Assembly: GCF_036321535.1 (NCBI RefSeq) | Contig: NC_087437.1 | Span: forward strand, 96,970,001 to 97,034,000 | DNA: 64,000 bases | Reading direction: 5' to 3' | DNA from: Camelus dromedarius | Lineage: Eukaryota | The notes under the pieces: generated by a model | The model's database searches: none | Told to the model about the DNA's origin: nothing | The model's input: the letters and a program-made list of their open reading frames with translations, nothing else | Made by a program: the position numbers and the translations under genes | In this document: positions 13,216 to 26,699 of the stretch, piece by piece | Layout: each line of letters starts with the position of its first letter | Numbering within the stretch: position 1 is the stretch's first letter

Positions 13216-14723
13216 CAATTCCTTGGAAATATTCTACAATGCCTCCAAATAAAAATAAAATTGGCATCATATGTCTTTATAGCCTATCATTTCTTTTCCC
13301 ACAGAAAACCAAAGTTTTTATTAAATTTATTTATAACTGAAACATATTAAGTTTATGTTAAATTTCTTAAGAAAACTCAGAAAACAGGAATCCATCAACC
13401 ACATGATATTCTACAGTATTGCACTAAAATGGATGATTGGGACTGGGGGACAGATCAACATGAGTAGGAAGAGGCAAAGAAATAATAAATCCTAGCCCAC
13501 CTCAAAAGTCAAAATAGGGTAACATTTTCACTTTTGATTTTTGGGTGGCAGAAATAGGAAGACTGTACTTCTAGACAAAGTCATTAAATTGGCTTCAATA
13601 ATACCAAATACTGAAATAATCACTGGAACAAAAGAATTATAATCAATATAAAATCATGACAAATATTTCTTTTTTTATAATTATTTATATTCCCATATTC
13701 AAGTTAAAAATTCTATTTTGTTCTTGTGCAGAATAGAAATCAAGTAGCAATCAGAGTAAAATCATTTTTTATTCTATCTTGAGGTAGTTTTCATGATACT
13801 TGAAATGTCAACTATCATGAAAGAATAACTAAAAAGACATTATTATTACTTTCTTTTATAGATTATTACAAAAATCTAACATATGTTTATATCCATGAAT
13901 CAAAAATGAAGTGGGTTAAAGAAGTATCAGTGAAAGTCTTTTTTTTTTTTTAAATAACTGAATTCTCTCTTTGGGAAAGAGAGCCACTGACTTTACTACA
14001 GAGATTATCAGTAATTCTGTGCTGCTCACCTACCATCCTAATCATTATTGTCAGGAAGTCAATTTGAGATCACAAGTCACAGCTCTAAATTCAAGTGTGG
14101 CATAGCGAATTTAATCAATATATGTACACACACAAAAAAAATATGCTGCATGCATACCTATTTTGTTAATACATTACTTAAACTGGCTTAAATTATTCTG
14201 CAAATGTGTTTAAGTAAAGATTATATTTAGGTTGAGTGCATTTCAAATTAACCTGTGTTTAATATGAGATCTTCTATAGCTTTTTATTATCAGATGTAAA
14301 TATTTCGCATTTTTTTCTGCCTCCGTAATTCTATTGAAACTGCTTTCTTAAAAGTCACTAATAACCTCCTAATTGCTAAATCCAATGGCCTTTTTTTATT
14401 CCTTATCTTCTTTGACACTGTTGCATTATTTGATACTACTTACGTCCCCCTTTTTCTTGAATGTGTACTCTCTGTTACAGAATAAAGTGAATTTAAGACA
14501 TGTGTAACCCTCTATATATGCCTCACTGTGTGTACTGTTTTTGTCCTTTTGGAATCTTTTTAGCAATAAACGTAAGCATAAACTAGATGGAGTTCATGAA
14601 AAGTTAATTAGATAGTGTATTATATGCAGGCATTTGGGATATCTCCTTTTCAAATTTGAGCAATTATGGAAGATTTATTGCAGAATTAAAAGGGGAACTA
14701 CACAGAGGTAATGAGTTAGATTA

Positions 14724-14943
14724 GGCATAGGCAAACCACACCTATGGACAAATCCAATCTACTGCCTTTTTTGTAACCTAAAGCTTTATTTGAACACAGC
14801 TATGCCCATTCATTTATATATTGTCTATGGCTGCTTTTTTGCTACAAGGGCAAAGTTGAGTAGTTGCCATAGAGGCCATATTTCATGTAAAGCCTCAAAT
14901 ATTTATTATCTACCTTCATGTAGAAAAAGTTCACAGGCCCCTG
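14724..14943. mobile_element. MER58A hAT-Charlie element
   Basis: 'ggcaaacc...caaatccaatctactgcc...gaacacagctatgcccattcatttatatattgtctatggctgctttt...gttgagtagttgc...aatatttattatct...agaaaaagttcacaggcccctg'. Confidence 0.85.
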
Positions 14944-15668
14944 GGTTAGAGGATTAATTAAATAACCTGAGAAGAATCTATCCACCTTTTGATGCAAAGA
15001 AAAGGTGTCGTTATTGTAAGCTTTATACCAATACAGGGGAATGGTGTAGTCACAAGATTCCTCTAGAGGTCTGTTTAGATATGATTTTCCTTTTTGGCAT
15101 CATCCCTCAAGAATAAGTGTGAGAACCCAGGATAATTAGTTACCTACAAAGATTCTAGAAGACCTCATGCCATCTCATCCACTCTTCTGGCTTCAGGAGT
15201 GCACACAACATGCAGAGCTCCACCTGAGGAAGGTGCCTTATCCCTAGAATCCAAGTTTCGGGAGGAAGGAAAGGAAGGGACGGTGATATATGGTGCCTTC
15301 TCTATAGCTATTGCATCCCAATAAATTAGTCTCTGAGAGTCTGTGTATTATAAATAAAACTGACCTATTTTATTCCAAGTAAGAAGGATGCTAGAAACCT
15401 TGCCAAAGTGAAGTTTCCGCAAGCTTGCTGTACTTAATTTCTTCTGGGATTCTACCATACCTCTATCATCCTTACAATAACCAATTCTCCCACCCAACCA
15501 TTATATCAGCTAGCCTAAATGGGTGTGTCCCCCTTATAACCAAAAGATATTTGACTTAAATAGCCTCAGACTGACACCAAGGAAACTGAAGAATCATAGC
15601 ACTCTCTCGCATGGTCCAGATATCAGAAGAAATTTAAATAACCCAAATAAAAGTTTAGTATACTCATA

Positions 15669-16049
15669 TGTGTCTTAGCTCAGGCCACTATAACAAAGTA
15701 CCATATAGACTGGGTGATTTAAACAACAGATATTTATTACTCACAGATCAGAACGTACAAGATCAAGGTGCCAGTAGATTAGGTTGTTGGTGAGGGCCCC
15801 ATGCCTGAAGACTGCTACCTTCTTGTTATGTCTTTACATGTCCTTTCCTTATTGAGTGAGTGGGAGAGAGCTAGATCACTCTCTGTAACTCTTCTTAGAA
15901 GGGCACTAAATCCCATCATGAGGGCCATACCTTCATGATCTAATCTAAGTCTAATTGCCTCCCAAAGGTCCCACTTCTAAATACCATCATATGGAGTTAG
16001 CATTTCAGCATATGAAATTTGAGAGAACACAAATATTGAGCCTATAACA
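15669..16049 (-). mobile_element. MaLR MLT1A-type solo LTR
   Basis: TG...CA ends; 'ctataacaaagtaccatatagactgggtgatttaaacaacag...caagatcaaggtgccag...gggcactaaatcccatcatgaggg...cccaaaggtcccacttctaaataccatca'. Confidence 0.85.
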
Positions 16050-16864
16050 AGAAACTTTGACTTTGATTCAATACTTATTATCAGATTATTTAGATTTGTG
16101 TTAGTTAAATTGTTGCTAGCCAATAAAATATTTTTTTGGTGGAATTTCTTTGGTACATAAGTAAAATCCCATTAGAGATTTTCAGAGAGCTTGATTTTGT
16201 GCTGAATGTCTAGTTTTGTGTTCATGTATATATAACTGCAATGTATTTTTTAAAAACATAATTTAAAAAGTTGTGGTGTATTAATTGAGTTTTTTTACAC
16301 TGAATATTATAAAAGAAAATCACCTATATCTACAGAGGTATGGCAGAAATAACATTTTAAAAATAATCCAACTCAATAATTCATTTCACACTGTGGAACT
16401 GCATTCTCTTCTTCCTGAAAATATATTTGAAGATTTTTCTTTAATAATTGACATTCAAACTTGTGAAAAATAGGTTGGAGAGGTCAAATGCGTTCCAGTT
16501 GTACATCTAACTAGCTTATAACCATGTACAATACTCAGAACCCCTCAAGAAAGAGGCTTATTCAGCTGTTAAATGAAATGAGGTTATTTCAAAGGTCCTT
16601 TCAAGCTATAAAATTTCATGATTGATGGGAGACTTTCACTAATAATCTGACCTACAGATTTACTGTTTTCTGAAGCTTGTTGTACACTTTCTCAATTGAC
16701 ATCATCAACAAAAGAGAAATAAGTTATCATACTTTAGTCAATCTTGTCATAGTAGCTCAAGTCTTCACTATCTAAAAATCCAATTATGTTGTGCCACTGA
16801 CTTAATGAAAAGACAGAGTTTTACTAGGATTTTATATCTAACATTTCGAGTAATATTCTATGTA

Positions 16865-18594
16865 CAGGCAGTCCTCATTGTGCATAGTTCTGAAATGCAC
16901 AGATTTATCACCATTTAGTTAAATAACTCTAGCCCTCCAACAACAGGGTTCATACTGCTTTACCATAGTATATTAACTATGAGTAAATTCATAAAGTGCA
17001 AACTTCACTGCTAGCTCTTCTGCCCACAAGTCACTACATAAACAAAAGTTGTGTATCATGATAAATAACAATTTATGTCACTTCTTTCAACGTCTGTGAT
17101 TTGTCACTGTGCATCTGTTACTCAATTCTTACATAGCTAGCTAGCTTGCTGTGTTGAGTCTGTCTCCCAGTGATAAACCTACATGCCATTTTACAAAAAT
17201 GGATAATTGATAGAGGAATTTAGTCAACAAAAATCACCTCACACCTATCAGGATGATTATTATTAAGAAAACAAAAGGCAACACATGTTGAATAGGATAT
17301 GGAGAAACTGGAAGTATTGGTGGGAATACAAAATTGTGCAAGTGCTTTGGAAAACAGTATAGAGGTTCCTCAAAAAATTACAAGTAAAACTAAGATATGA
17401 TCTAGTAATTCCACCCCAAAAGAACTGAAATTAGGATCTTAAAGAGATACTAACCCTCCCATGTTCATTGGTGCACTATTCACAATAGCCAAGAGGTGGA
17501 AACAACCTAAATGTTCACTGACAGATGAATGGATAAAGAAAATGTAGTCTATATACATAACAAGGAATACTGTTTAGTTCTTAAAAATGAAGGAAATTCT
17601 GCAATACGCAACAACATGGATGGATCTTGAGGACATTATGATGAATGTAATAAGCCAGTCACAGAAAGACAATGTATGATTCTACTCATATGAGGTATCT
17701 AAAATAGTCAAACTCATTCACAGAAGCAGAGAACAGAATAATGGTTGCCAGGGGATGGGGAAAAGGGTAAATGGGGGAACCGTTCTTCAATTAGTATAAA
17801 GTGTCAGTTATGCAAGATGAATAAATTCTAGAGGTCTGCTGTAAAACATTGTACAATAATGTACACTAAAAATTTAGAGAAGAGATCTCATGTTAAGTGT
17901 TTTTATCATAACAAAATTAAATTTAAAAGTCAATGTGTAGTAAAGAATCAGAAAGTAATGATGCTTATAGTGAAACTAAAACTAAACATAAACAGAATTT
18001 TGGAAGGAAAAGCTATCTGTGTGATTGTCAGCACTGCCACTCTCCCAGATATGCAACTTAGTGAAGGCAAACTTGCTGACACAAATGAGAAAAGTGGTTA
18101 ACGAAGAAAATGACGAAGATGTCCCAGAGGAAGTGGGATGCTGGGGAAATATTCCACATTAACGGAATTCTCACAGATATTTTATTACATTGAAAGCACA
18201 AAAAATAAATTGTTGGAAGTTGATCCAAACTCAGAAAGGAGTATGACAACTTAAAAGGCAAGTAAAATATGCCCATTTCATAGCATAATTTATATAAGAA
18301 GAAGAAGAAAAGGCCTGTTCTTGATGAGTTTTTCATAAAGAAATAAAAACACTTTAATTTTCTCAATGTTTCTGATGTTTCAATGTGTATTACATAAAAA
18401 TTCGTTTTACTATTTTTAAAAAAATTTCCCTATTCATTTACAGCAGACAGTAAGAGCATTTTAAATTTTTGAATCTAACTTTTAAAGGTCATGGGAGAAC
18501 CATAATTTTTCCCATTGGTTATTAATATTTCTTCACAATTTCAGTTTGCATGGCCATTTTTACAGTCCCAATCTGGCAAAGTGAGGACTTCCTG
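16865..18594 (+). mobile_element. TcMar-Tigger internally deleted DNA transposon, split by an L1 insertion
   Basis: Terminal inverted repeats CAGGCAGTCCTCATTGTGC and (reverse complement) CAGGAAGTCCTCACTTTGC, flanked by TA duplications (16863-16864, 18595-18596); decayed transposase-like N-terminus (KNQKVMMLIVKL) at ~17940. Confidence 0.8.
17235..17928 (+). mobile_element. L1 (L1MA/L1MB-type) ORF2 end and 3' UTR nested in the Tigger element
   Basis: 'cacctcacacctatcaggatg...tggaaaacagtatagaggttcctcaaaaaatta...cacaatagccaagaggtggaaacaacctaaatgt...gatgaatggataaagaaaatgt...caacatggatggatcttgaggacattatg...gttatgcaagatgaataaattctagag'. Confidence 0.9.
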
Positions 18595-21500
18595 TATTAA
18601 TTTCAGTAAATTTTACCAAGTATATCCTGCAAGAATTCTCAACACATATACTAGTAGAATTCCCTTATACATGATTTAGGTGATAGAAAGGGTTGAGGAG
18701 AACATCTGACTAGAGGTTTGTCTGATTTTCACATGACCTTAAACTTGTTTGTGCTCTGTTCAGTGAATAAGAGGTTATCCCTTTTCGAGGCACAGTAAGG
18801 TTTAAAAGCGAAAAATCAGGTGAAGGGCTCTAAAGGGTTAAATAAATTAATTATCATTTCAGTAGCAGCAACATTCTGAGGCTTAGGGTTCAAATATCTA
18901 AAATCCTAGTATCTGATACTTCACCTCGTCTTCTCTAGCATTTTTTGGAGTCTCACATATCCCAGTTTTCCTTCTTCTTTCTCCCCTTGTTCCTTTTCTA
19001 GACTCTTTTCTATGTAACAGGTCTTGGGATACATCCATATCTTTAATATTATTATTGTTTCTAGTTAACATGTATTGTGTTTTTTGACACAATTTAATTC
19101 AGTATCTATCATCACATTATATCACACCTCTGTTCAGAACATTCAATAATTCTTAATTCTCCTTTCTCTCTCTCTGATAAACCAACAAAATAAATAACAT
19201 CTCAGAATAAGTGTTTTCCCTGGTATATGACCCTCAGTTGATTTTTTTTCCCTTATGTTTCCATGGCTCTGGAACTATGTTCATTAAATAAAACTCATTT
19301 CCCAGCATTGGCTCACTCTGCATGACAAATTGGCAAAATATGTAGAAATTGGCCCAGAAAAATTTGCATTTCATACTCTGGTTCGTAGGACTTTGAGCCT
19401 ATTTTTGTCTCAAAAATGAAGAAACTAACTTTAACAGTATCTGAAATATTTTCAGTTTCTAAGTACATATGGTTCTCTGAACAACTTCTTTAATTAATCA
19501 TGAAAATGATCTTTTTTCCCCTAGACTCCCACATACTACCCTAATTACTGATTATTTTGGTAGTATACTGCAAATAAAATCTAAACCAAAATTATAAAGC
19601 AAAATGCCTCTAGTTCGTTTTCCCCTTTTAATACATCTTTTAAAAGAAACTGCTTTTAATCTGATGGTCTTCTTTAGATTGTATTCTATTAGAGGAAATT
19701 GGACCAAAATTGATCTGGGTAGTGAAATTTATCATTACCTTCAGAAAACAGACAATGAAATGTGATTAGGCTACATGTACCCATCACTGCCTTTGTTAAG
19801 AGCAAGCCTTGAATAGAAAACCTGCATTCAATGAATCAATAAGAGTAAAAGCAAAATTGGAGAGCTGTCAAATCAGCTTAATTCCCCTCTTCTGATCAAG
19901 TGGCATCCAGTCACCTAAAACACAATGTTAATAATCAAATTAGATTGCTTTTGACTCCTTTCACTAGGAGTCAAAACACACATCTGATTGTAATATTTTA
20001 TATACTCGGCTTTGAAAAGCCAATAACATGCCAATGTATACTAGAATTGAATGCTTGTTGCATTCTCAGGATGAGGCAGAGGACAAAATTATTTTTGATT
20101 ATGCTCTTAAACTAAATGGAACAATTAAAATAATAGGTGGCGTTCATCCAGTCAACAAATATCTCAAACCTAAGGAACTCTGCAAGCATCAGCATATTAA
20201 TATGGTTTATCCCTTTTCATAGCATTTCTTTTGCAAAAAAGCAGCCATTTTTCACTCTTTGCTGCTAAGGAAGACCTAAATATAACATTCACTCAATCAG
20301 ATCATATGCTTTTCAACCCGGCCTCTAGGTGTCTTTCTTACGGGTTTCCTCAGGAGTTTATAACACAGCCCTTATTATACTGTGTAATATCTTGTGCATA
20401 ATTGAGAGAAATCATGACACAGTATTCTTTCATTTGTAAATGTCCAGCATGATAATGAATGACTAAGGAAAGATAATGTTATGAATATATCACAGTCTAA
20501 AATTGTGAGATTGTCTTGGTAGAGATTAAGACTGGTTTTTAAGAAAAAAGAAAGTTATTTTTAAATCCTCCTTAAGGGGAGAATTTTTCCTTCAGAAGTG
20601 TTGTAGGAGCTTTAAGCAGATCTGAGGCTTAGTCACATCACATTACCAAAGGCAACAGGGTCATTCAAGAGGATGGTCAAAAATGTCCTAGAAGAAAGCA
20701 GTTTCCAGTGTAGGTTCTCGGGAGAGATGGCTGTCTTGGTGAATGCTACACTATACATCTTAACATTGTCAAAATGGGCTCACCAAGAGTGTTCAGAGCC
20801 CAGGTTGCCTTTAGAGAGTTTTTCTGGGATTAGGAGGGGAAAAAAATCCACAAAAAACAGATGAGTACACAGTTAAATTTTTTCTTTCCCAACAAATACG
20901 TTTATTTATAGCTCTCTGGACAGTTTTTCAGCTGGTGAGTGCATAAAGTTTAGACAGAGAAAGGAAGTCTGTGGTCAGAGTGAAGATGAAGAAAGAGGAG
21001 AAAGAGGTGAGTTAAACAACAGATTTCTGAGAAGACAGCTTTCTTCATTTAGATAACATAAGATGAGATTATAAAGTGACAATACTGTCAAACTGAGTCG
21101 AAATTCTAGGGGAAAGAAGTGCCTGGGAAACAATATTAAAGAAGATAAGAAAAGGGAAGCAATTTGTAATGGACAAAACTAAAATGACGAAAAGAATGAG
21201 GTGGGGAGGAAAGTTTGGAGGAAAGAATAGTGAGGTTGGGAAGGGGAGTGAGCGTTGCTGCATCCTTTTCTCCACAAAAGCTTCTTTGTTGAAAGCATCC
21301 ATAGAGCACCCAGCTTTAGAATCAGGCAGTGCCTGAGGTCCATGAACTTTTTTGCTTTTTCTACTCTTATTCTTCCCAAATATGATTCACCCAAGAGGGA
21401 CATGAGACCAGAAGTGACATTTACCAAGCTCTGCTGCTCAATAGCAGGCATTAGCGTAGTGGCAATGTCCAGAGTGTTGGCTGTCTTTCAAGCATGGAGT

Positions 21501-22782
21501 TAGATATAAAATAATTAGAGTGGAAACGGAGGAAGGTAGGTGTTAGCTGCAAAGATGCAGAAAATGAACCCTGGCATTAGAAGCAATCAACACCACTTTG
21601 CAAAGTCCTGCCTTTAAAAGGCATCAGTGGTTCAGGGCTATAAAATGATGTGCATTGTGTTAATGGATATGTGTTTTTAAAAGGAACCTGGAAGCACATT
21701 TAAACATTTGCAGATGGAGCAGATGGGACAAAAAAGGAAACTACATTATTCAAATTACACTGCCTTGGCCTGGGCACTGATCTAAAACAAAGAGAAGGAC
21801 TAGAAGGAGATTTGGTATTAGCATCAGATCTTAAGTGCAGACACACACATCTGCTTTGACGAGGATGAAAAGGAATCTGGATATCAGAAAGTCCAAATAA
21901 AAGAGAAAACAGTCTTGGTATGGTGAAGGCCTGGAAGAAGTCTGATATGAGTTTACGAGACTTCCTTTCTCATAAACTCAGCACTTAGCCAAAGATAACT
22001 GAAATATAAAGCACTTTTCTCAGATGGAAAAATCTTTGTTTATTCAACAAGACCTAGATAAACAGCAGATCTGATTAGTAGCTAGATAAAGGAAGTACTG
22101 TGGTTGCTGCTGCTAAGACGTTTGAAAAGATCTCAATACAACAATTAAGATTAAGCTGATGCCTGACAACAGTGACTGTTAAAGTCTTAATACATCTTTT
22201 CAGAGTGGCTCAAGTTGACAGTCTAGAAAATAAATGTTTATCGAGTTTAAATAACAATTGTATTTGTATTGAAATTTATGTAAATGTCTTCTGTGTCTGG
22301 TAAGAATTCAGATGTTTTTGAAGGATCTTATTTTTAAAATTTTTATGAAAAAGATAAAATCCATAGACCTTTTGGAAAATTAGCAATTGCTTTCTAGAAT
22401 GGAGCAAACATTGGACATAAAACAGCTATAAAAATCTAGAATAAACTGTGTTTTTATTATAAATACAAAATATAAACAATTTCTTTTAAAATACATCCAT
22501 CAATAACCAAAAAAGAGTAATGGGTTTTGTTTTGTTTTGTTTTCAGAGGGAGCAGGAAAGGAGCATAAAATCTGTAGCCTACTGAGAGGTAAATAGTTTT
22601 CTACCATTAAAAATAATTTTGCAGTGGTCTCCACACAAGTACTCCAGGTAGATCTTGGAAACATCATAAATCTGACAGGGCTTATAGGCCATCTTTAATG
22701 ATATCAGTGCATTTGAACACACTACTCTCAACCAGGGTTCATAATGGCTACTTTATTTCAAGGAAAAACAGTCACCACTACA

Positions 22783-22967
22783 AGCCTGCTGGAGCCAGCT
22801 CATCACAGTGGCTTGACTTCTGAGAACGTACATGTCTTTTTCCAGCTCTACCTCGTGGCTTCAGGTTGGTAGCTTGAAACTGGACTAGGAAATTGGCAAA
22901 AGCCACAAACTGGGGCATCCTCCACTTCCAGAGAGCCAGTTATTATACAGCTACCAACATACGACTG
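22783..22967. mobile_element. MER63-type hAT-Blackjack element
   Basis: 'tgctggagccagctcat...gttggtagcttgaaactgg...ggaaattggcaaaagccacaaac...gagagccagttatta...accaacatacgactg'. Confidence 0.7.
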
Positions 22968-24395
22968 TCACTACCCACACTCTGCTTTTTATCATCTATC
23001 TGAACAGTGCCACAGTAAGTCATTAACACGTTGCCAGGGAACTTGTCAGTAAGTCACTGTGTCAATGATCAATGTTGATTTTCATTGTTAGCGCATAGCT
23101 CAGTAATGTCTCAGGACGTCCTGCTCCATTCTCACTGTCATGTTCATAGAACTGACTCAGTGCCAAGATGCCAAACACTTTACTATTCCTCTACTGCAGT
23201 CTTATGCATTTGAATATATGTGATAGGTCTGATTAAGACTATGCCATGAATACAACCTGCCATAACATTCAGATGGTAAGCGTGGATTTACAGTGTATTA
23301 ATTCTATCAGTGAACATGTGGCCCTTTATACATTCCACAACGGTCTAGCCATAGCTGAGCATCTACATAAAAATGGTTACAGAAGAAGTTTTAATAATAT
23401 AATTTCATTTATATTCTTGGAATTAGCATACCATTGCCAGATACTTTATCCCATTATCCCAGTCTAGCACTCCTCTCATACAAATCAGCAAAACTTCACA
23501 TATAATTGGTAATTTGATTTTTACTATCAGTATTACCAATCTACTTTTCCCAGCTACATTTGCTTCATCAGAGTAAAGAAAATGCAGAACAAGATACCTA
23601 ATGCATCTAAATATAAAATGTGTACCAGCCCTGTGGAGGAACATAACACCAAAGAAAGGCAGTTAAGAATGGTTCTTTCTTCCTTGTGACAATTGAAAAT
23701 GTGGCCTAAAGTGGAAATTGACAGGCAATGCTCTTGAATTAGCTGTTATCATATCAATAGGTGTAAATTCCAAAAGGCATGTTGACCTCTGAGATACACA
23801 AACAAGAAGTCATTTTATTCTGTCACTTCATATCATAGTAGAGATACAGGGCAAGGTAACAAGTTCAACCAAGACAAACAGAATATAAAGCCTCACTTTA
23901 TCTAAGACCTCCAAGAAGGTGTCTAGGTGCACTGACCCAGTTAAGGGCAGGTGTTAATTATTTTTGAAGGCTCATGAAAAACAGAGATCCACTTAAAATT
24001 GTGTTTAATTTGACAGAAAATGTCCAGAAGTAACTAGGATGAACAAAGGGAGATGCAGGAATAAATATTACCTCTTCATTGATTACTAGTTAAAAATCTA
24101 TATAACACAGATGTCTAGGGAAAAAATGTCTCCACTACAATTTTGGGAAAGCTAGACTGGTTACTATTTTTCTACCCAAGTCATTAATATCTGGGTCATA
24201 GAAGAGAATCAAGACATTGAATTTAATCAGAAAGCAATCAGATAAGACATTAGTGAGTTACATAACTATGGTTCACAAATTCTGGGCTGTAGTCCACCTA
24301 GGCAGTAGGGAGTTGTATGTAAAAGCATGAAGTTACTGAAAAAAGTCAGCATATCAAATGTTCACTGCTGTCTGGATATCTATATGTCACATACA

Positions 24396-24643
24396 GAGGC
24401 TGTGTAGCACAGTGATTAGGCCCATGTACTGAAGCCAGACTACCTGAGTTCAAATCCCACTTCCTAGCCATGTGACTTGCCCAAGTCACATAAATTTCTC
24501 TGAGCCTCATTTCCCTGGCATAGAAAATGAGGGAATGAATAGTAACTCCCTCAGAATTGCTGAGAACTAAATGAGTTAAAACATCAAAAGGTTTTGGAAC
24601 AGTACTTGTTACACAGTATACACTCCACAAGTGTCTGCCATTA
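24396..24643 (+). mobile_element. MIR SINE (near full length)
   Basis: 'agccagactacctgagttcaaatccc...tgtgacttgcccaagtcac...tctctgagcctcatttccc...aaaatgaggg...ctaaatgagttaa'. Confidence 0.85.
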
Positions 24644-26699
24644 GTATACTTACAGGACACTTAGCAATTGTAAAATACAGCAGCATATAGACTCGTACTA
24701 ACAATACGAATGAATCATGGAAAACATGAACTCTAAAGCAAAAGTACCATTATATTTATAGTAGCCTTTTCTCAGTATGCATCTTCTTTATCAGCAGATG
24801 CCCACAGTACAGCCATTTTCAAGAGGAAGTTCACAATATCTTTTCCAATTAAAACAAAATGAGTCTGAGAATTTTAAAACTAAATACAATTAAGTTTGAA
24901 AATGTCCCATTAAAAAAACAAAGCAAGCAAACAAAAAATTTAAATCTATTTAGCTGATAGAGATGCCAGACAAGCACTGGAAAACAGCCCTGGGTCTCTG
25001 AGTCTCATTTACCTCCTCTATACACTGTTTCCCCACTGATGCCAGAAAACTGAGGTCTCCAAAGAGATGAACAATTCATCATGGCAGAGGTTTGCAGGTT
25101 TATAACTTGTGCCAGAACAAAATCTCAGGGCTTAGGGTCTTGATATGTATTTGACTTACCCACATTTAAAAAAAATTATTATTAACAAAACAAAATAAAA
25201 ATCAAAGAAATCTCATACTAATTGTAAAAGGCCAACCCTGGCAATGTTCTTAATAAGAAAGGAGGAAATTGTACATTGCTCTGCTTCATAAAAGGTCTAC
25301 TTCCCTTAGCATTGTGTGACTTAGATAGATTAGAAGCTCACTTATGTTTACTAAGTAGATAAAAGCAAGTTTTAAAATGAAAAGCTAATAAATGTCTTTT
25401 TCTTGATGGGGTACAAATACTTAGGATGTTTCTGAGTCAAACAAACGGCAAAAATTACAAAACACTGTGAAGTGTCTACAAGAAGATAATATATTGGATT
25501 TAGTTGTTTGGAGACTTTGTGCCACATTTTGATCGGTGAGAGAAGTAATAAAGCTGCACTTGAGAAGGAAGAGGATGACCTCTTTTGGCTTATTTGGGCT
25601 CTTAATATAACAGTCACTGAACTAGCCAATTAGCTTGGCACAGTTTCAAGGTACTGGATCCTAGGAAGTGATAGAGTACAACAGAAGGCATCTCTTGGCG
25701 AGCATAACTATAACTCATCCTTTTCTGGGAGGCATTCTTGTGGAAAGGACTTTTAGCAGCTTTTTGATCTCTGGCACTGATTTAGTATAAAGAAAAACGC
25801 CCATTTAATTCATCATGGTAATATTCAGTGGTGAGTAAGCATAGTAAAGACAGCAATGCATGATCTATGTAAGAGAGGCATTAGGAAAAGCTACTGTGTG
25901 TTGTTATCCAGGCAGTAAGCCTTCCTCTTCAGATAAATATTTCAGAAAATTTTATATCCAGACAAATTGCCTTAGCATACAGAAACTGTAGGCAAGTTGA
26001 GAATCCTTCATAATCTTCTATCAGGGAGAATGCATATGAAAATATCCCCCAAGTGACTCAAATAATAGATTCCAGAAAATTCCACTTGTTTTTCCTCAAA
26101 GTTTGGGAAGCACTGACCCGACATACTACCTTTTGAAAACATGGATTCTTAAATAGTTTGACTACAGGAAGAGGAGATCTTTGTCAAGCTCATGCAGACA
26201 CCCAGTCTACCTGAAAGATGCATTTATAACTGAGAATAAGAAAATCGATCTGCTCAGAAGGTCTGTAAATGTTGTAAAGTACACTATGTCCAACTGCAGC
26301 CCCACCTGCAAGAACTGGCAAGTACTCATGGTGAGCAGAAAACCTGGTTCTTTAGAAGCTGAGTTTGCTTATGTCCTGTCCTTGGGTCAAGTCTATGCCT
26401 TTGACAGTCAGTGCCTCTGTCAGCAGGCTCAACATACATATACAAGTCCAGTGACCAGCAATGGAGAAGTTTTGTATTAAGGTTTCAGAATTAGAGTTCA
26501 TACAATCCACCCAAATTTGAATCCTTCCAGAAAGACCAGTACTAATCCTACAAATTTTTTTAGAAGTGGCCATGGCAGGGCTAGGCAAAGTTCTAGGAGA
26601 CTGAAAGCACCTGCTGCTCCTTCTCCCTGATCATTCAATAAGAGTGGCCAGCTAACTCCATGTTTCTCTGCCCTGTTATTTTTGGTCAATGTCAAACTC

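Noticed and set aside
17859..18366. Two ORFs of 80 and 102 aa
   Set aside because: Chimeric or antisense readings of L1 and decayed Tigger sequence; no intact transposase.
21069..21503. Three overlapping ORFs
   Set aside because: No consistent splice signals or recognisable domain; the region looks like decayed L2-type sequence.
24346..24660. 104-aa minus-strand ORF
   Set aside because: Lies almost entirely within a MIR.
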